Assembly: GCA_049325335.1 (NCBI GenBank)
Contig: JBMOMC010000007.1
Span: 192,001-256,000 of the forward strand
DNA: 64,000 bases
Origin: Nitrospirota bacterium
GTDB taxonomy: Bacteria; Nitrospirota; Nitrospiria; 2-01-FULL-66-17
Direction: 5' to 3'
The notes under the pieces are model-generated. The model did not search any database. It was not told the origin of the DNA and saw nothing but the letters and a program-made list of their open reading frames with translations. The position numbers and the translations under genes were made by a program. Positions 37,287 through 47,512 of this stretch are shown here, one piece after another. Numbering within the stretch: position 1 is the first letter of the stretch; the number at the start of each line of letters is the position of its first letter.

Positions 37287-38831
37287 TCACCGCGTCCACT
37301 CGAACCACCGCCTCAGCAGCCGCTGTTTTCCCTCGGTGAACGTCGATTTGCGCCAGGCGTTCGCCGCGCGTTTGACCACCTCGGCCTGCGTGGGATAGGG
37401 GTGGATCGTGCCCCCGATCGCGGAGAGACCCAGCGTGTTGCGCATCGCGACCGTGACCTCGCTGATCAGATCCCCCGCACGCGCCGCCACGATAGTGGCG
37501 CCGAGGATCGCGTCGGAGCCGCGTTTCACGTGCACGCGTGCAAAACCGTCCTCTTCTCCGTCGAGGATCGCGCGGTCCACCTCGTCGAGATTGAACGTGA
37601 CGGTGTCGCACGCGATCCCCGCGGCCTGGGCCTCGGCGTGGGTCATGCCCACGTGCGCAAGTTCCGGCTCCGTGTAGGTCACCCGCGGAATCACCAACGA
37701 GCTGACGCGGGCCGTGCCCAGCCCGAACGGATGCGGAAACAGCGCGTTCTGAATCACGATCTGCGCGTGGGCGTCGGCCGCGTGCGTAAACTGAAACCGC
37801 GAGCACACGTCGCCTGCGGCAAAAATCCGCGGATTGGCGGTCTGGAGGCGGTCATTCACGGCGATGCCCGCGGTCTGATCAGAGGCGACGCCCGCAGTGT
37901 CCAACCCGAGACCCTCGACGTTCGGAGTCCGGCCGACCGCGACGAGAATCTCGTCGACGGCTGATTCCTGCGTCGTACCATGACACGCGTAGAAAAGAAC
38001 CTTGTCCCGGCCTCGTTGCTCCACGCGCATGACCTGAGATCCGAGCGCTAACGTCACCCCCTCTTGTGCCATCCGCGCGCGAACCAGCGCGGCAGCGTCC
38101 GCGTCGTCCCGGGGGAGGATGCGATCCAAGCGGTCAAAGAGCGACACACGGCTGCCGAAGCGAGCGAACGTTTGCGCCATCTCGCAGCCGATCGGGCCGG
38201 CCCCGATCACGGCCAATCGCCGCGGCAAGTCCGTGAGCGAAAAAAACGTTTCGTTCGTCAGATAGCCCGACTCGGCCAATCCCGGTATCAACGGCACCGC
38301 CGGCCGCGCGCCCGTGCAGATTGCGGCTTTGGCGTAGGCCAGTCGCGTCCCGGCAACTTCGACGACCCCGGGCCCCGCGAACCGGCCGGCGCCAATGAAC
38401 ACGTCCACGCCCAATTTCGCAAACCGGTGCGCCGAATCGTTGGGGCTGATCCGCGCGCGCAGCCGCCGCATCCGCGCCATCGCGCTTGCAAAGTCGTGCG
38501 TGAGTCCCTCGATGCCGCGAACGCCGAACTCCCCGCTCCGCCGAACCGCGGACCAGGCGCGGGCGGCCGCGATCAGGGCCTTTGACGGCACGCACCCGAC
38601 GTTCAAGCAGTCCCCGCCCATCAAGTGCCGCTCGATCAACGCGACCTTGGCGCCCAACCCCGCGGCAATGGCCGCGGTCACCAACCCCGCCGTGCCCGCC
38701 CCGATCACCACCAGGTTGTACCGGCCGGTGGGCGTGGGGTTGACCCAACCCGGAGGGTGAACATTGCCCACCAACCGTTGGTTGTATTCGTCATCGGGCA
38801 AGACCATCGGATGTGGTTGCTCGGCCATCAC
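37287..38831 (-). CDS. Class I pyridine nucleotide-disulfide oxidoreductase (mercuric reductase-like, not true MerA)
   Basis: GAGTAG, GGDCLNVGCVPSK, GAGPIG, HPYPT; no C-terminal Cys-Cys pair. Confidence 0.88.
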   Translation of the reverse strand: MMAEQPHPMVLPDDEYNQRLVGNVHPPGWVNPTPTGRYNLVVIGAGTAGLVTAAIAAGLGAKVALIERHLMGGDCLNVGCVPSKALIAAARAWSAVRRSGEFGVRGIEGLTHDFASAMARMRRLRARISPNDSAHRFAKLGVDVFIGAGRFAGPGVVEVAGTRLAYAKAAICTGARPAVPLIPGLAESGYLTNETFFSLTDLPRRLAVIGAGPIGCEMAQTFARFGSRVSLFDRLDRILPRDDADAAALVRARMAQEGVTLALGSQVMRVEQRGRDKVLFYACHGTTQESAVDEILVAVGRTPNVEGLGLDTAGVASDQTAGIAVNDRLQTANPRIFAAGDVCSRFQFTHAADAHAQIVIQNALFPHPFGLGTARVSSLVIPRVTYTEPELAHVGMTHAEAQAAGIACDTVTFNLDEVDRAILDGEEDGFARVHVKRGSDAILGATIVAARAGDLISEVTVAMRNTLGLSAIGGTIHPYPTQAEVVKRAANAWRKSTFTEGKQRLLRRWFEWTR

Positions 38832-39577
38832 TTCACCCGTTTGAACACAATATCGCCGTAATATGCGGTGGCGGTCTCACCCGTGTTGTCCGTGTCCGTC
38901 ATGATCGCCACGCCGTTGACCTTGGGCGGCTCGCCGCCGAACGCCCGCCGGTAGTCGTCATAGAGATTTCGCTCCTCATCCATCCACCGCTCGATATTGG
39001 CCGCGCCGGACTCCACCACGATCATCCGCACGAAGTCCGTGTAGGCGTTGGGCGCCACGGTTCCGACCGGCGCGGCGCGGTCCCAGATATAGTTGATCGC
39101 GGCGATCGGGATGTCCCCGAACAACAATCGACCCGCCTGATACTTAGCCTTGCGGGACCAGCGTACCTTGTCGGGCTCGTAGGCGAACGTGAGGTACAGC
39201 CGCGCCGCGTAATCGTCGCCCTGCTTGTTCGTGAGGTCTCCCCCGGCAATCACGTTGCTGACCTTCCACCGCCACGCAACAATCGGATACTCTTTGAGAT
39301 CGATCGACACCTCCCGGGTCAAGCCCGATGCGCCCGCTCGACTCTCGGCCCGCACCACCACCGCGTCGCCGTCGCGCACCACGGTGTAGTCCGTTGCCCT
39401 CTGGATTTTCTTGAACGTCAGTGGCTTCCATCCCGGCGGCGGAGTCGGTCCCTCGGTCGCGGACGAAAACGCGCCGACGACCATCGCGGCATCCGATTCG
39501 GCGCAGACCCGCGTGACACGGGACATCGTGATCAAGACGAACACCGAGAGCGCGATCCGCCACGCGCGCTGCGTCAT
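38828..39577 (-). CDS. DUF3047-family exported protein
   Basis: W.WKV, GDDYAARLY, AINYIW, AIMTDTDNTG...YYGDI; ATG overlaps the upstream TGA. Confidence 0.85.
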   Translation of the reverse strand: MTQRAWRIALSVFVLITMSRVTRVCAESDAAMVVGAFSSATEGPTPPPGWKPLTFKKIQRATDYTVVRDGDAVVVRAESRAGASGLTREVSIDLKEYPIVAWRWKVSNVIAGGDLTNKQGDDYAARLYLTFAYEPDKVRWSRKAKYQAGRLLFGDIPIAAINYIWDRAAPVGTVAPNAYTDFVRMIVVESGAANIERWMDEERNLYDDYRRAFGGEPPKVNGVAIMTDTDNTGETATAYYGDIVFKRVK

Positions 39578-40251
39578 CACGACCACCGGTCGCGCCACCG
39601 GTGGTACGCCACCGGGACAAGCGCCAAGAGTCCCAGCAGGGCAAACGCGCCCAGCACCCCGGGCGACGCAATGTCGTTGAGCGAGTCGATGTTCCCTAAT
39701 TGGCTGCCCGCATTGGCATACACGATACTCGCGGGGATGATCCCGACGGCGGTCGCCGCCGTATACGTCGACAGTCGAATCCGCGTCAGCCCCGAGGCCA
39801 GGTTGACCAGAAAAAACGGAAACAAGGGAATCAACCGCAATGTCAGCAAATAATTGAACGCGTTGCGATCGAACCCGCGGTGGATCGCCTCCAACTTCGG
39901 GCCGAATCGACGCTCCACCGCGTCCCGGAACAGATACCGCGCGACCAAGAACGCGAGCACCGCGCCCGAAGTCGCCCCCAAGTTTACGTAGACCGTGCCC
40001 AATGCGGTCCCGAAGAGGAACCCGCCGGTCAGCGTGAACATCACCGCCCCGGGGAGCGACAACGCGGTCTGCACGCAATACGCCGCGACGAAGACGATCA
40101 CCGACAGCGCGTAGTGCGAGGCGGTATACGCTTGCAACGCGTCCTTATTGGCTTTCAGCGAGGCCAAGGTGAGATATCGCCCGAGATCAAGACCGATGAA
40201 CGCCGCCACCGCCGCGACCACCGTCGCCACGAGCACCAACTTCCCGATCAA
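39577..40251 (-). CDS. TVP38/TMEM64 (DedA/VTT) membrane protein
   Basis: LSLPGA..TLTGGFLFG, LRLIPLFPFFLVNL; start uncertain (TTG overlapping the upstream TGA chosen). Confidence 0.88.
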   Translation of the reverse strand: MIGKLVLVATVVAAVAAFIGLDLGRYLTLASLKANKDALQAYTASHYALSVIVFVAAYCVQTALSLPGAVMFTLTGGFLFGTALGTVYVNLGATSGAVLAFLVARYLFRDAVERRFGPKLEAIHRGFDRNAFNYLLTLRLIPLFPFFLVNLASGLTRIRLSTYTAATAVGIIPASIVYANAGSQLGNIDSLNDIASPGVLGAFALLGLLALVPVAYHRWRDRWS

Positions 40252-42338
40252 CGGACGGCCGGCGATGACCGCCTCCTGCCGGCGGCAACCGTGCCGCGGC
40301 CCAACTTCGTGCGTTGAAACGCGCTGATCTCGGTCCACGCTCGGAGGACCTCGGCCACGGTCCACGCTTGGGCGATACATCCGCGCGGCGCGAACGGCGG
40401 GTCGCCGTCAAAGATTTCGCTCAAACTCCCCACCCCAGCCGCGGCCAGGTGCTGCGCCATCGGCTCCAGGAACGCGCCAGCGGCCGCGGGATCGCCATAG
40501 ACCCGCAGATGCGCCAGCGCAAACGGCCCCAACAGCCACCCCCACACCGTCCCCTGATGATACGCCGCGTCCCGCGAGTTCACGTCGCCTTGGTACCGTC
40601 CGACGTATCGAGGATCATCCGGCGCCAGGCTCCGCAACCCGTGCGACGTGAGCAACGTGCGCGCGCAGACATCGACCACCGCGCGCTGTTGGTCCGCGGT
40701 CAGGGGGCTCTCGGGCAACGAGACCGCGAACAGTTGATTGGGCCGCACGGATGCGTCATGACCCTCGGGACCGTCGAGCACGTCGTAACAACACCCTCTC
40801 GCGGAATTCCAGAACCGCACGAATCCCGTTTTGGTTCGCTCAGCCATCTTGTCGTAGGTTGCCGGATCGCGCCGTACGCGGCGCGCAAAGGACGCGGCCG
40901 CACGCAACGCGTTGTACCAGAGCGCGTTGATCTCTACCGGCTTGCCCATACGCGGCGTGATGACGCGATCGCCGACCTTCGCGTCCATCCAGGTGAGCTG
41001 CACGCCCGGCTCCCCCGCGACCAGCAACCCGTCCTCGGGATCCGCCCCGATCCGGTACCGCGTGCCCCGCGCATACCAGGAGATGATGTCTTCCACGACC
41101 GGGAACAGCGCGCGCAGCGTCGTGTCATCGCGCGTCGCGGCGTGATAGGCGCGAATCGCTTCGATATACCACAAGGCCGCGTCCACCGTGTTGTATTCCA
41201 CGGCCCCGCCCGTGTCGTCGAACCGGTTGGGCAACAACCCGCGGTCCGCGTAACGCGCGAACGTGGTCAGGATCCCGCGCGCGACTTCGGGACGACCGGT
41301 CGCGAGCGTGAGGCCCGGCAATGCGATCATAGTGTCCCGCCCCCAGTCCCCGAACCACGGGTATCCCGCGATCACGGTACGGCCTTCAGGATCATCCCGC
41401 GTGGTGCGCCGTACGATGAACTGCTCCGCGGCGAGCGTCAACTGTTCGATCCATCGGGGGACCGGCTCCGTGCCTCGTGGCGCTGCCGTCCGGCGACAGT
41501 CCAGCACGCGCCGTTCATACGCCCGTCGTGCGCTCAATACCGATCGACCGTTCGATGGCGGCCGCGGTTCAGCACTGGTCACAACCGTAACAGACTGACC
41601 TGGTCCAAACGTCGCCCGCACCGTGGCCGCGTGCAGGTGATCGTCACGCGAATCAAGCCCGCGTTCGCGTTCGGCCGACAGGTCGAACCCCACGTGCCAC
41701 GCGTGCGCCGGCTCCACGAACGTACCGCGCGCGGCCAGCATGATGGGGGTCGCTCCATTAAATGGGATCACGCGCACCCCATGCGGTTCGGACGTCACGT
41801 CCATGGACCAATCGCTCCCGCGCGTGGTCCCGTGGTCCTGCCGAGCATTGACGAGGACCTTGATCGTCAGGTCCAGCGGCCCGCTCGCACGCGCCACGTC
41901 GTACCGGACATAGGTGGTGTTGGCGCCGTGCTCCATCCACACCCGTTTCTCGATGATCGCGTCCGCGCACGCAAACCGCCACGTAGGAATCGCGCCGTCG
42001 AGGACGAACTGTTCGATGTGGCGGTAGCCGTGCGGCTCGACAGATCCGTCGGCCCATTGGTTGGTGCAGAGCGGATACTCGACGTGGCCATAGACCGCGG
42101 TTTCATCCAACTTAGCCACGAGCAGCGTGCGCCCGAGTGGAGGAGCGAGCGCCGCCATCAAAATCCCGTGGTAACGCCGCGTCAGCAGCCCGGCCACGGT
42201 CCCGGACGCGTACCCGCCAATGCCATTCGTGACCAACCACTCGCGCGACGCCGCGGTCGCGATGTCGCCGCAGAGATCGCGCCCTAGGACAACCGTTATG
42301 TTCGACGGATCCGCGTCGTTCCGAGACGTTCTTGCCAC
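40248..42338 (-). CDS. Amylo-alpha-1,6-glucosidase (glycogen debranching enzyme, GDE_N + GDE_C type)
   Basis: EWLVTNGIGGYASGT, IAGYPWFGDWGRDTMI, LTWMDAKV, RPNQL, YHQGTVW, GCIAQAW; start could be 42338, 42383 or 42404. Confidence 0.92.
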   Translation of the reverse strand: MARTSRNDADPSNITVVLGRDLCGDIATAASREWLVTNGIGGYASGTVAGLLTRRYHGILMAALAPPLGRTLLVAKLDETAVYGHVEYPLCTNQWADGSVEPHGYRHIEQFVLDGAIPTWRFACADAIIEKRVWMEHGANTTYVRYDVARASGPLDLTIKVLVNARQDHGTTRGSDWSMDVTSEPHGVRVIPFNGATPIMLAARGTFVEPAHAWHVGFDLSAERERGLDSRDDHLHAATVRATFGPGQSVTVVTSAEPRPPSNGRSVLSARRAYERRVLDCRRTAAPRGTEPVPRWIEQLTLAAEQFIVRRTTRDDPEGRTVIAGYPWFGDWGRDTMIALPGLTLATGRPEVARGILTTFARYADRGLLPNRFDDTGGAVEYNTVDAALWYIEAIRAYHAATRDDTTLRALFPVVEDIISWYARGTRYRIGADPEDGLLVAGEPGVQLTWMDAKVGDRVITPRMGKPVEINALWYNALRAAASFARRVRRDPATYDKMAERTKTGFVRFWNSARGCCYDVLDGPEGHDASVRPNQLFAVSLPESPLTADQQRAVVDVCARTLLTSHGLRSLAPDDPRYVGRYQGDVNSRDAAYHQGTVWGWLLGPFALAHLRVYGDPAAAGAFLEPMAQHLAAAGVGSLSEIFDGDPPFAPRGCIAQAWTVAEVLRAWTEISAFQRTKLGRGTVAAGRRRSSPAVR

Positions 42339-42379
42339 CAGCCCCGACTCCCTTCGAGGCGCACGGCCACTCCGTGCGC

Positions 42380-43156
42380 TCAATCCATCGTGGCCCCGCC
42401 GCACAGGTTCACCGCCTGGCCGGTCATGCCGTCCGCGGCATCGGACGCGACGTACACCGCCAATTGCCCGACCTCGTCAGGCTGCATGAACCGTTTGAGC
42501 GGCACCGCGGCCTCGGCCTGACGGCGGAACTCATCCTCGGTGATGCCCATGGCGCGCGCGCCGTTCGCGACGCCTTCGTGCGCCATGGCCGTGTCCACCC
42601 AACCGGGACACAGCGCGTTGACCGTGATCTTGCGCGGGGCCAGCTCCAGAGCCAGCGACCGGGTCAGGCCAATCACGCCATGTTTGGACGCGCAGTACGC
42701 GGCGTACCCCGGGACGCCGAACCGCCCCAACACGGAGGAGAGGTTGATCACCCTCCCGTGCGCGTGATCTCTGATGTGCGGCGTCACCGCCTTGGTGACC
42801 ACGTACATGCCGGTCAAATTGGTCGCGATGATCCGATCCCACAACGCCTCATCCGCATCACCAATGGCGGTGATGCCGGCCACACCGGCGTTATTGACCA
42901 ACACGTCGATCGCACCCCACCGTCCGACGATTGCCTCCACCCCGCGCGCAATCGACGCGCGATCCGTCACGTCCAAGGCCACCGGCATCACGCGCGCGCC
43001 GGACGGATCCAACTTCGTCGCCTCAGCCCGCAGTCGCGCGCCGTCCCGCGACGCGATCACGACACGCGCCCCTTCTTCCAGATACGCCCGAGCAATCGCC
43101 CGCCCAATGCCCGTGCCCCCGCCCGTCACGAGCGCGGTCCGATCACGCAGTCGCAT
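42380..43156 (-). CDS. Short-chain dehydrogenase/reductase (FabG/BDH-like)
   Basis: TGGGTGIG, NNAG, YCASK, PGWVDT; AGGAG RBS before the ATG at 43156. Confidence 0.92.
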   Translation of the reverse strand: MRLRDRTALVTGGGTGIGRAIARAYLEEGARVVIASRDGARLRAEATKLDPSGARVMPVALDVTDRASIARGVEAIVGRWGAIDVLVNNAGVAGITAIGDADEALWDRIIATNLTGMYVVTKAVTPHIRDHAHGRVINLSSVLGRFGVPGYAAYCASKHGVIGLTRSLALELAPRKITVNALCPGWVDTAMAHEGVANGARAMGITEDEFRRQAEAAVPLKRFMQPDEVGQLAVYVASDAADGMTGQAVNLCGGATMD

Positions 43157-43314
43157 GCAGCACTCCTCTGAAGAACGATCTAACCGGCCGTGGCGCATAC
43201 CCTTCGGCCGACAAGGAAGCGATGATAGGCGGGTACCGCCACGAAATCAACGACCAACTATCCGCGCAAGCCCCCACCCCTCTTGCGGGGGAGGAGGAGC
43301 GGAGCGGGAGGAGG

Positions 43315-45633
43315 TCAGCCGTTGGCGGTCTTACGCGACGGACCGGCCTGGTCGTACACCCAATAGTCCGGCCGCACGTCATCGACCTGGATCACGTCGC
43401 GGCGCAACGCGGCGGCTTCGGACGCGGTCTCGGCCTCGGGCTGGGTGATCACGCCGCGCGCCACGCCCTCACGCAGGAGCGTGGCCTCGTCCGCGGGCCG
43501 CAATGTTCCGGCCTGGATCGCGGCGCGCAGCTTTTTTTCCACCGCGTCCGCGGCCACGACTTTTTCCAGGGCCAGGTCCAATCGCGCGACCGCCTCGGTC
43601 GGGGCCGTGGGCGCGTACACACCGACGGTCAACCGATCGCGCGCGGCGGACGGCTCCAACAAGACGCTCGCCGCCTGGTGCGTCAACCGGTCGTCGGGCC
43701 GCTTGGCGCTCCGCCCCAGCGGAAAGATCGCCACGCGCAACAGCCCCGCGACGAATCGGTTCGGGAAATTTCCGATCACCGCGTCCAGACGATCCTCGAC
43801 GGTCCATAAACTCTCTTCACACGCCCAGCGCACCAGCGGCAGGTCCGCCTCGGGCCGGCCCTGGTCCTCGAACCGTTTGAGCGCGGCGGAGGCCAGGTAC
43901 AGATGGCTCAACACGTCGCCCAAGCGCGCGGACAGCGATTCCTTGCGTTTGAGCGCGGCGCCCACCACGATCATGGCCACGTCCGAGGCCAACGCAAGGG
44001 CGGCGCTCATGCGCGACACGCGCTGAAAGTACGTGTGAGTCGGGCCGCCTACCGGCGCGGACGCAAACCGCGCGCCGGTGAGGCCGTGGAAGAACGCGCG
44101 CCACGTGTTCTTCGCGATATGCCCGAGGTGGCCGAAAAACGCGCGATCGAACTCGCGCAGGCCGCGCGTCTGATCCGGGTCCGTCGCCGCGCGCAGTTCC
44201 TTCAAGACGTAGGGGTGGCACCGGATCGCGCCTTGGCCGAAGATAATGAGGCTACGGGTCATGATGTTCGCGCCCTCCACCGTGATGCTGATGGGCACCG
44301 CTTGATACACGCGCGCCATGAAGTTGCGCGGCCCCAACACGATCCCGGATCCGCCGTGCACGTCCATGGCGTCGTTGACCGCGCGCCGCATCAGCTCGGT
44401 CAAGTGATACTTGATCATCGCCGAAATGACCGACGGCTTCTCGCCGCGATCCACCGCGCCGAGCGTCATCACGCGCGCCGCGTCCGTGGCGTAGGTGGAT
44501 CCCGCGATCCGCGCCAACGCTTCCTCCACGCCTTCGAAGCGGCCGATCGACGTTTTGAACTGTCTGCGCACGCGGGCGTAGGCGCCGGTTGACCGCGACG
44601 CGAGCTTGCACGCGCCCGTGGCCAACGCGGGCAAAGAAATGGCCCGCCCCGCGGCCAGACATTCCATCAACATGCGCCACCCTTGGCCGATTCGGGGCTG
44701 CCCGCCGATAATCGCGTCCATGGGCACGAACACGTCTTTGCCCTGGGTCGGACCGTTTTGGAACGGGATGTCGATGGGCACGTGGCGGCGGCCGATGGTG
44801 ATGCCGGGCGTATTGGTCGGAATCAGGGCCACGGTAATACCCAGGTCGGTCTTCTCGCCGATCAAATGGTCGGGGTCGGAACACTTGAACGCCAACCCCA
44901 GCACGCTCGCCACCGGCGCCAAGGTGATGTACCGCTTGTTCCAATTCAACCGAACCCCGAGCACGTTGGACTGGCCCTTGTACGCGCCGCGGCAAATCAC
45001 GCCGGTATCGGGCATCGACGCCGCGTCGCTTCCGGATTCAGGACCCGTCAACGCAAAACAGGGTACTTCTTCGCCGCGCGCCAATCGGGACAAGTAAAAG
45101 TTCTTCTGATCCTCGGTGCCGTAGTGCAACAGCAATTCCGCGGGTCCGAGCGAGTTCGGCACCATCACGGTCACCGCGCCGGTGATGCTGCGGCTCGCAA
45201 GTTTCATCACCACGCACGAGTGGGCCAATGCGGAAAATTCCAAGCCGCCATAACGCTTCGGGATGATCATCCCAAAAAATCGCTGCTCCTTGATGAACCG
45301 CCAGACCTCGGGCGGCAGATCGTGCCATTCCTCGGTAATGCGCCAGTCATCGAGCATGCCGCACAATTCATGGACCGGGCCGTCCAAAAACGCGCGTTCC
45401 TCGGCCGTGAGCGTGGGTTCGGCTTCCGACAACAACCGCGTCCAGTTCGGTTTCCCGCTGAACAATTCCGCGTCCCACCACACGGTCCCGGCTTCCAGCG
45501 CCTCGCGCTCGGTTTGGGACATCGCGGGCATGGCCTTTCGGTAGGCCCGCAAAATCGCCGCGCTGATCACTCGCCGTCGAATGCCGAACAGGTCCATAAC
45601 ACCGTCCTTGTGGGTGTCCGGAACGGGCCCCAC
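43315..45633 (-). CDS. fadE: Long acyl-CoA dehydrogenase (FadE type)
   Basis: MSQTEREALEAGTVWWDAELFSGKP, VMVPNSLGP, FALTGPESGSDA, ITVEGANI, FadE-like C-terminal domain. Confidence 0.9.
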   Translation of the reverse strand: MGPVPDTHKDGVMDLFGIRRRVISAAILRAYRKAMPAMSQTEREALEAGTVWWDAELFSGKPNWTRLLSEAEPTLTAEERAFLDGPVHELCGMLDDWRITEEWHDLPPEVWRFIKEQRFFGMIIPKRYGGLEFSALAHSCVVMKLASRSITGAVTVMVPNSLGPAELLLHYGTEDQKNFYLSRLARGEEVPCFALTGPESGSDAASMPDTGVICRGAYKGQSNVLGVRLNWNKRYITLAPVASVLGLAFKCSDPDHLIGEKTDLGITVALIPTNTPGITIGRRHVPIDIPFQNGPTQGKDVFVPMDAIIGGQPRIGQGWRMLMECLAAGRAISLPALATGACKLASRSTGAYARVRRQFKTSIGRFEGVEEALARIAGSTYATDAARVMTLGAVDRGEKPSVISAMIKYHLTELMRRAVNDAMDVHGGSGIVLGPRNFMARVYQAVPISITVEGANIMTRSLIIFGQGAIRCHPYVLKELRAATDPDQTRGLREFDRAFFGHLGHIAKNTWRAFFHGLTGARFASAPVGGPTHTYFQRVSRMSAALALASDVAMIVVGAALKRKESLSARLGDVLSHLYLASAALKRFEDQGRPEADLPLVRWACEESLWTVEDRLDAVIGNFPNRFVAGLLRVAIFPLGRSAKRPDDRLTHQAASVLLEPSAARDRLTVGVYAPTAPTEAVARLDLALEKVVAADAVEKKLRAAIQAGTLRPADEATLLREGVARGVITQPEAETASEAAALRRDVIQVDDVRPDYWVYDQAGPSRKTANG

Positions 45634-45646
45634 GCCCGCTCCACGC

Positions 45647-47311
45647 CTACGCGGTCAAGCGCGCCCGCTTGCCCGCGGTTTCGATATACCGACGGCTCAC
45701 CGGCGAGAGATCCGCGGGGTTCACCATCGCTTCGATCAACACGAACCGCTCTTCCGCGGCCGCGGCCTCCAGCGCCTGCGCGAGCACCGGCACGGTCGCG
45801 GCCCGCACGCCCCGCCCGCCCCAAAGCTCCGCCAACTTGGCGTACGGCCAGTCCGGCAAATCGAGTAAGCGCTTTTGCGTGGTCAACGGCCGAAAAATGC
45901 CCCAGCCGTGATTATTGAGCAGCACCACGATGGGATTGAGCCCCAAACGGACCGCGTGCGAGATTTCACCCCCGGTCATCTGAAACGATCCGTCCCCGCA
46001 CAGGATCAGCGGACGAAGCCCGGTGCCCAACTGCGCGCCCAACGCCCCGGGAATCGAAAATCCCATTGAGGCATAAAACCCTTGGGCCATGTAGAGTCCG
46101 GTGGACGGGACTTTGAGCTCGATCCCTCCGAACAGGCTGTCGCCGGAGTCCACGATCACCGCGGTCCTGGGGTGCGAGGCCACGAAGTCGTTGATCGCGG
46201 CCAGCAACGGTGCCATATTGAGCGGCGGGCCGGCATGTTGGACGTCTTTCGGCAAATTGTCGTGATACGCCACGCGCTCGGGATGCCGCTTCAACGGGCG
46301 TTTGAGCACCGCCTGGATAAAATCCCGCTCGCTCACGCGCGAGTAATTGTGAAACTTGATCCGCACCTTGTTGCCGATGGTCCACATCGACTTGTGGCGG
46401 GGAATCTCGGGCGATTGCTGCCCCAGTTCGATATCCGTGAGCAGGGTCCCGAGACTCAACACCACGTCCGCGTCTTTGGCGCGTCGACGGACGGCGGGCG
46501 GGCTCATCGGTCCGGCGTACACCCCCATGTACTGCGGATGCTCCATCGGAAACGCGCCCTTGGCCAACACCGACGCGGCGCACGCGCAGCCCAGGCGGTC
46601 CACCAACTCAACCGTGTCGCGTTTCGCCCCGAACCGATACGGCTCGATCCCCACGATCACCATCGGACGTTTGGCGCGGTTGAGCCACGCCGCGGCCTCG
46701 TCCGCCGCCTCCGCCACTTTCCTGGGGTCGCTGACGGGACGCGGAAGTCGGCCGTCCCACTCGATCAGACGGCGGGGCACCGCGATGGATTGCGTGACCA
46801 TGTCCCGGTGGATTTCCAGGTATCCGGGTTGGCGGTGGAGCCACATCGCGCGAACCACCTCGTCGATCTCATCCGCCGCCGTCCGCGGGTCGGAAATGAC
46901 CCGCGCCGTGCACGTCACTTCACGAAACATGTTCACCTGTGATTCGATCGCGCGCGCCTGGTGGTGAATCAGGGTCCCCACGCGGTACTCGTCCTCTCCG
47001 GGCCCTCCGCTCAACACCAACAAGGGCACTCGTTCGGCAAACGCGCCGGCAATTGGGTTGATCACGTTAAACCCGCCGGCCCCGTAGGTCACGCACACCA
47101 CGCCCAACCCGCCTGTGCTGCGTGCATACCCGTCCGCGGCAAACCCCACCGACGGCTCGTGCGACAGCGTCACCACGTGCAGGCCACGTGTCCGACCGAA
47201 TTTCATGAAAAGGTTGATCACCAGATCGCCGGGAATGCCGAAGACATGCCGCACGCCGATCATGCGGAGATACGCGACCAGGAAGTTTCCCAGCGGCATT
47301 CGCGAGCGCAT
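45647..47311 (-). CDS. ThDP-dependent 2-oxo-acid decarboxylase (indole-/phenylpyruvate decarboxylase-like)
   Basis: FGIPGD, HEPSVGFAADGYAR, LIHHQ, GDGSFQMTG...NN. Confidence 0.88.
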   Translation of the reverse strand: MRSRMPLGNFLVAYLRMIGVRHVFGIPGDLVINLFMKFGRTRGLHVVTLSHEPSVGFAADGYARSTGGLGVVCVTYGAGGFNVINPIAGAFAERVPLLVLSGGPGEDEYRVGTLIHHQARAIESQVNMFREVTCTARVISDPRTAADEIDEVVRAMWLHRQPGYLEIHRDMVTQSIAVPRRLIEWDGRLPRPVSDPRKVAEAADEAAAWLNRAKRPMVIVGIEPYRFGAKRDTVELVDRLGCACAASVLAKGAFPMEHPQYMGVYAGPMSPPAVRRRAKDADVVLSLGTLLTDIELGQQSPEIPRHKSMWTIGNKVRIKFHNYSRVSERDFIQAVLKRPLKRHPERVAYHDNLPKDVQHAGPPLNMAPLLAAINDFVASHPRTAVIVDSGDSLFGGIELKVPSTGLYMAQGFYASMGFSIPGALGAQLGTGLRPLILCGDGSFQMTGGEISHAVRLGLNPIVVLLNNHGWGIFRPLTTQKRLLDLPDWPYAKLAELWGGRGVRAATVPVLAQALEAAAAEERFVLIEAMVNPADLSPVSRRYIETAGKRARLTA

Positions 47312-47512
47312 GGCGACAGTATAACACCGGAATTTCTAAGGGCTACCGGCGAATATCGCGCATGAGCGCATGAAAACGATCGGCGGTTGGTCGGTTCACC
47401 GGTGCGCCGGTTACCTATGCCGCCACCCGCCGTCAAGATCACGGCCTCCACGCCCCAGCAGGAATCACGATTTTGTAGTACACTATAGGCACACATTTAC
47501 CGAAAGGACTCC

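Noticed and set aside
37287..38831. merA / mercury resistance locus
   Set aside because: No C-terminal Cys-Cys pair and no merR, merT or merP nearby.
43270..43312. CCCCTCTTGCGGGGGAGG hairpin-like sequence after fadE
   Set aside because: Short, imperfect and single-copy here; cannot be distinguished from a weak terminator.
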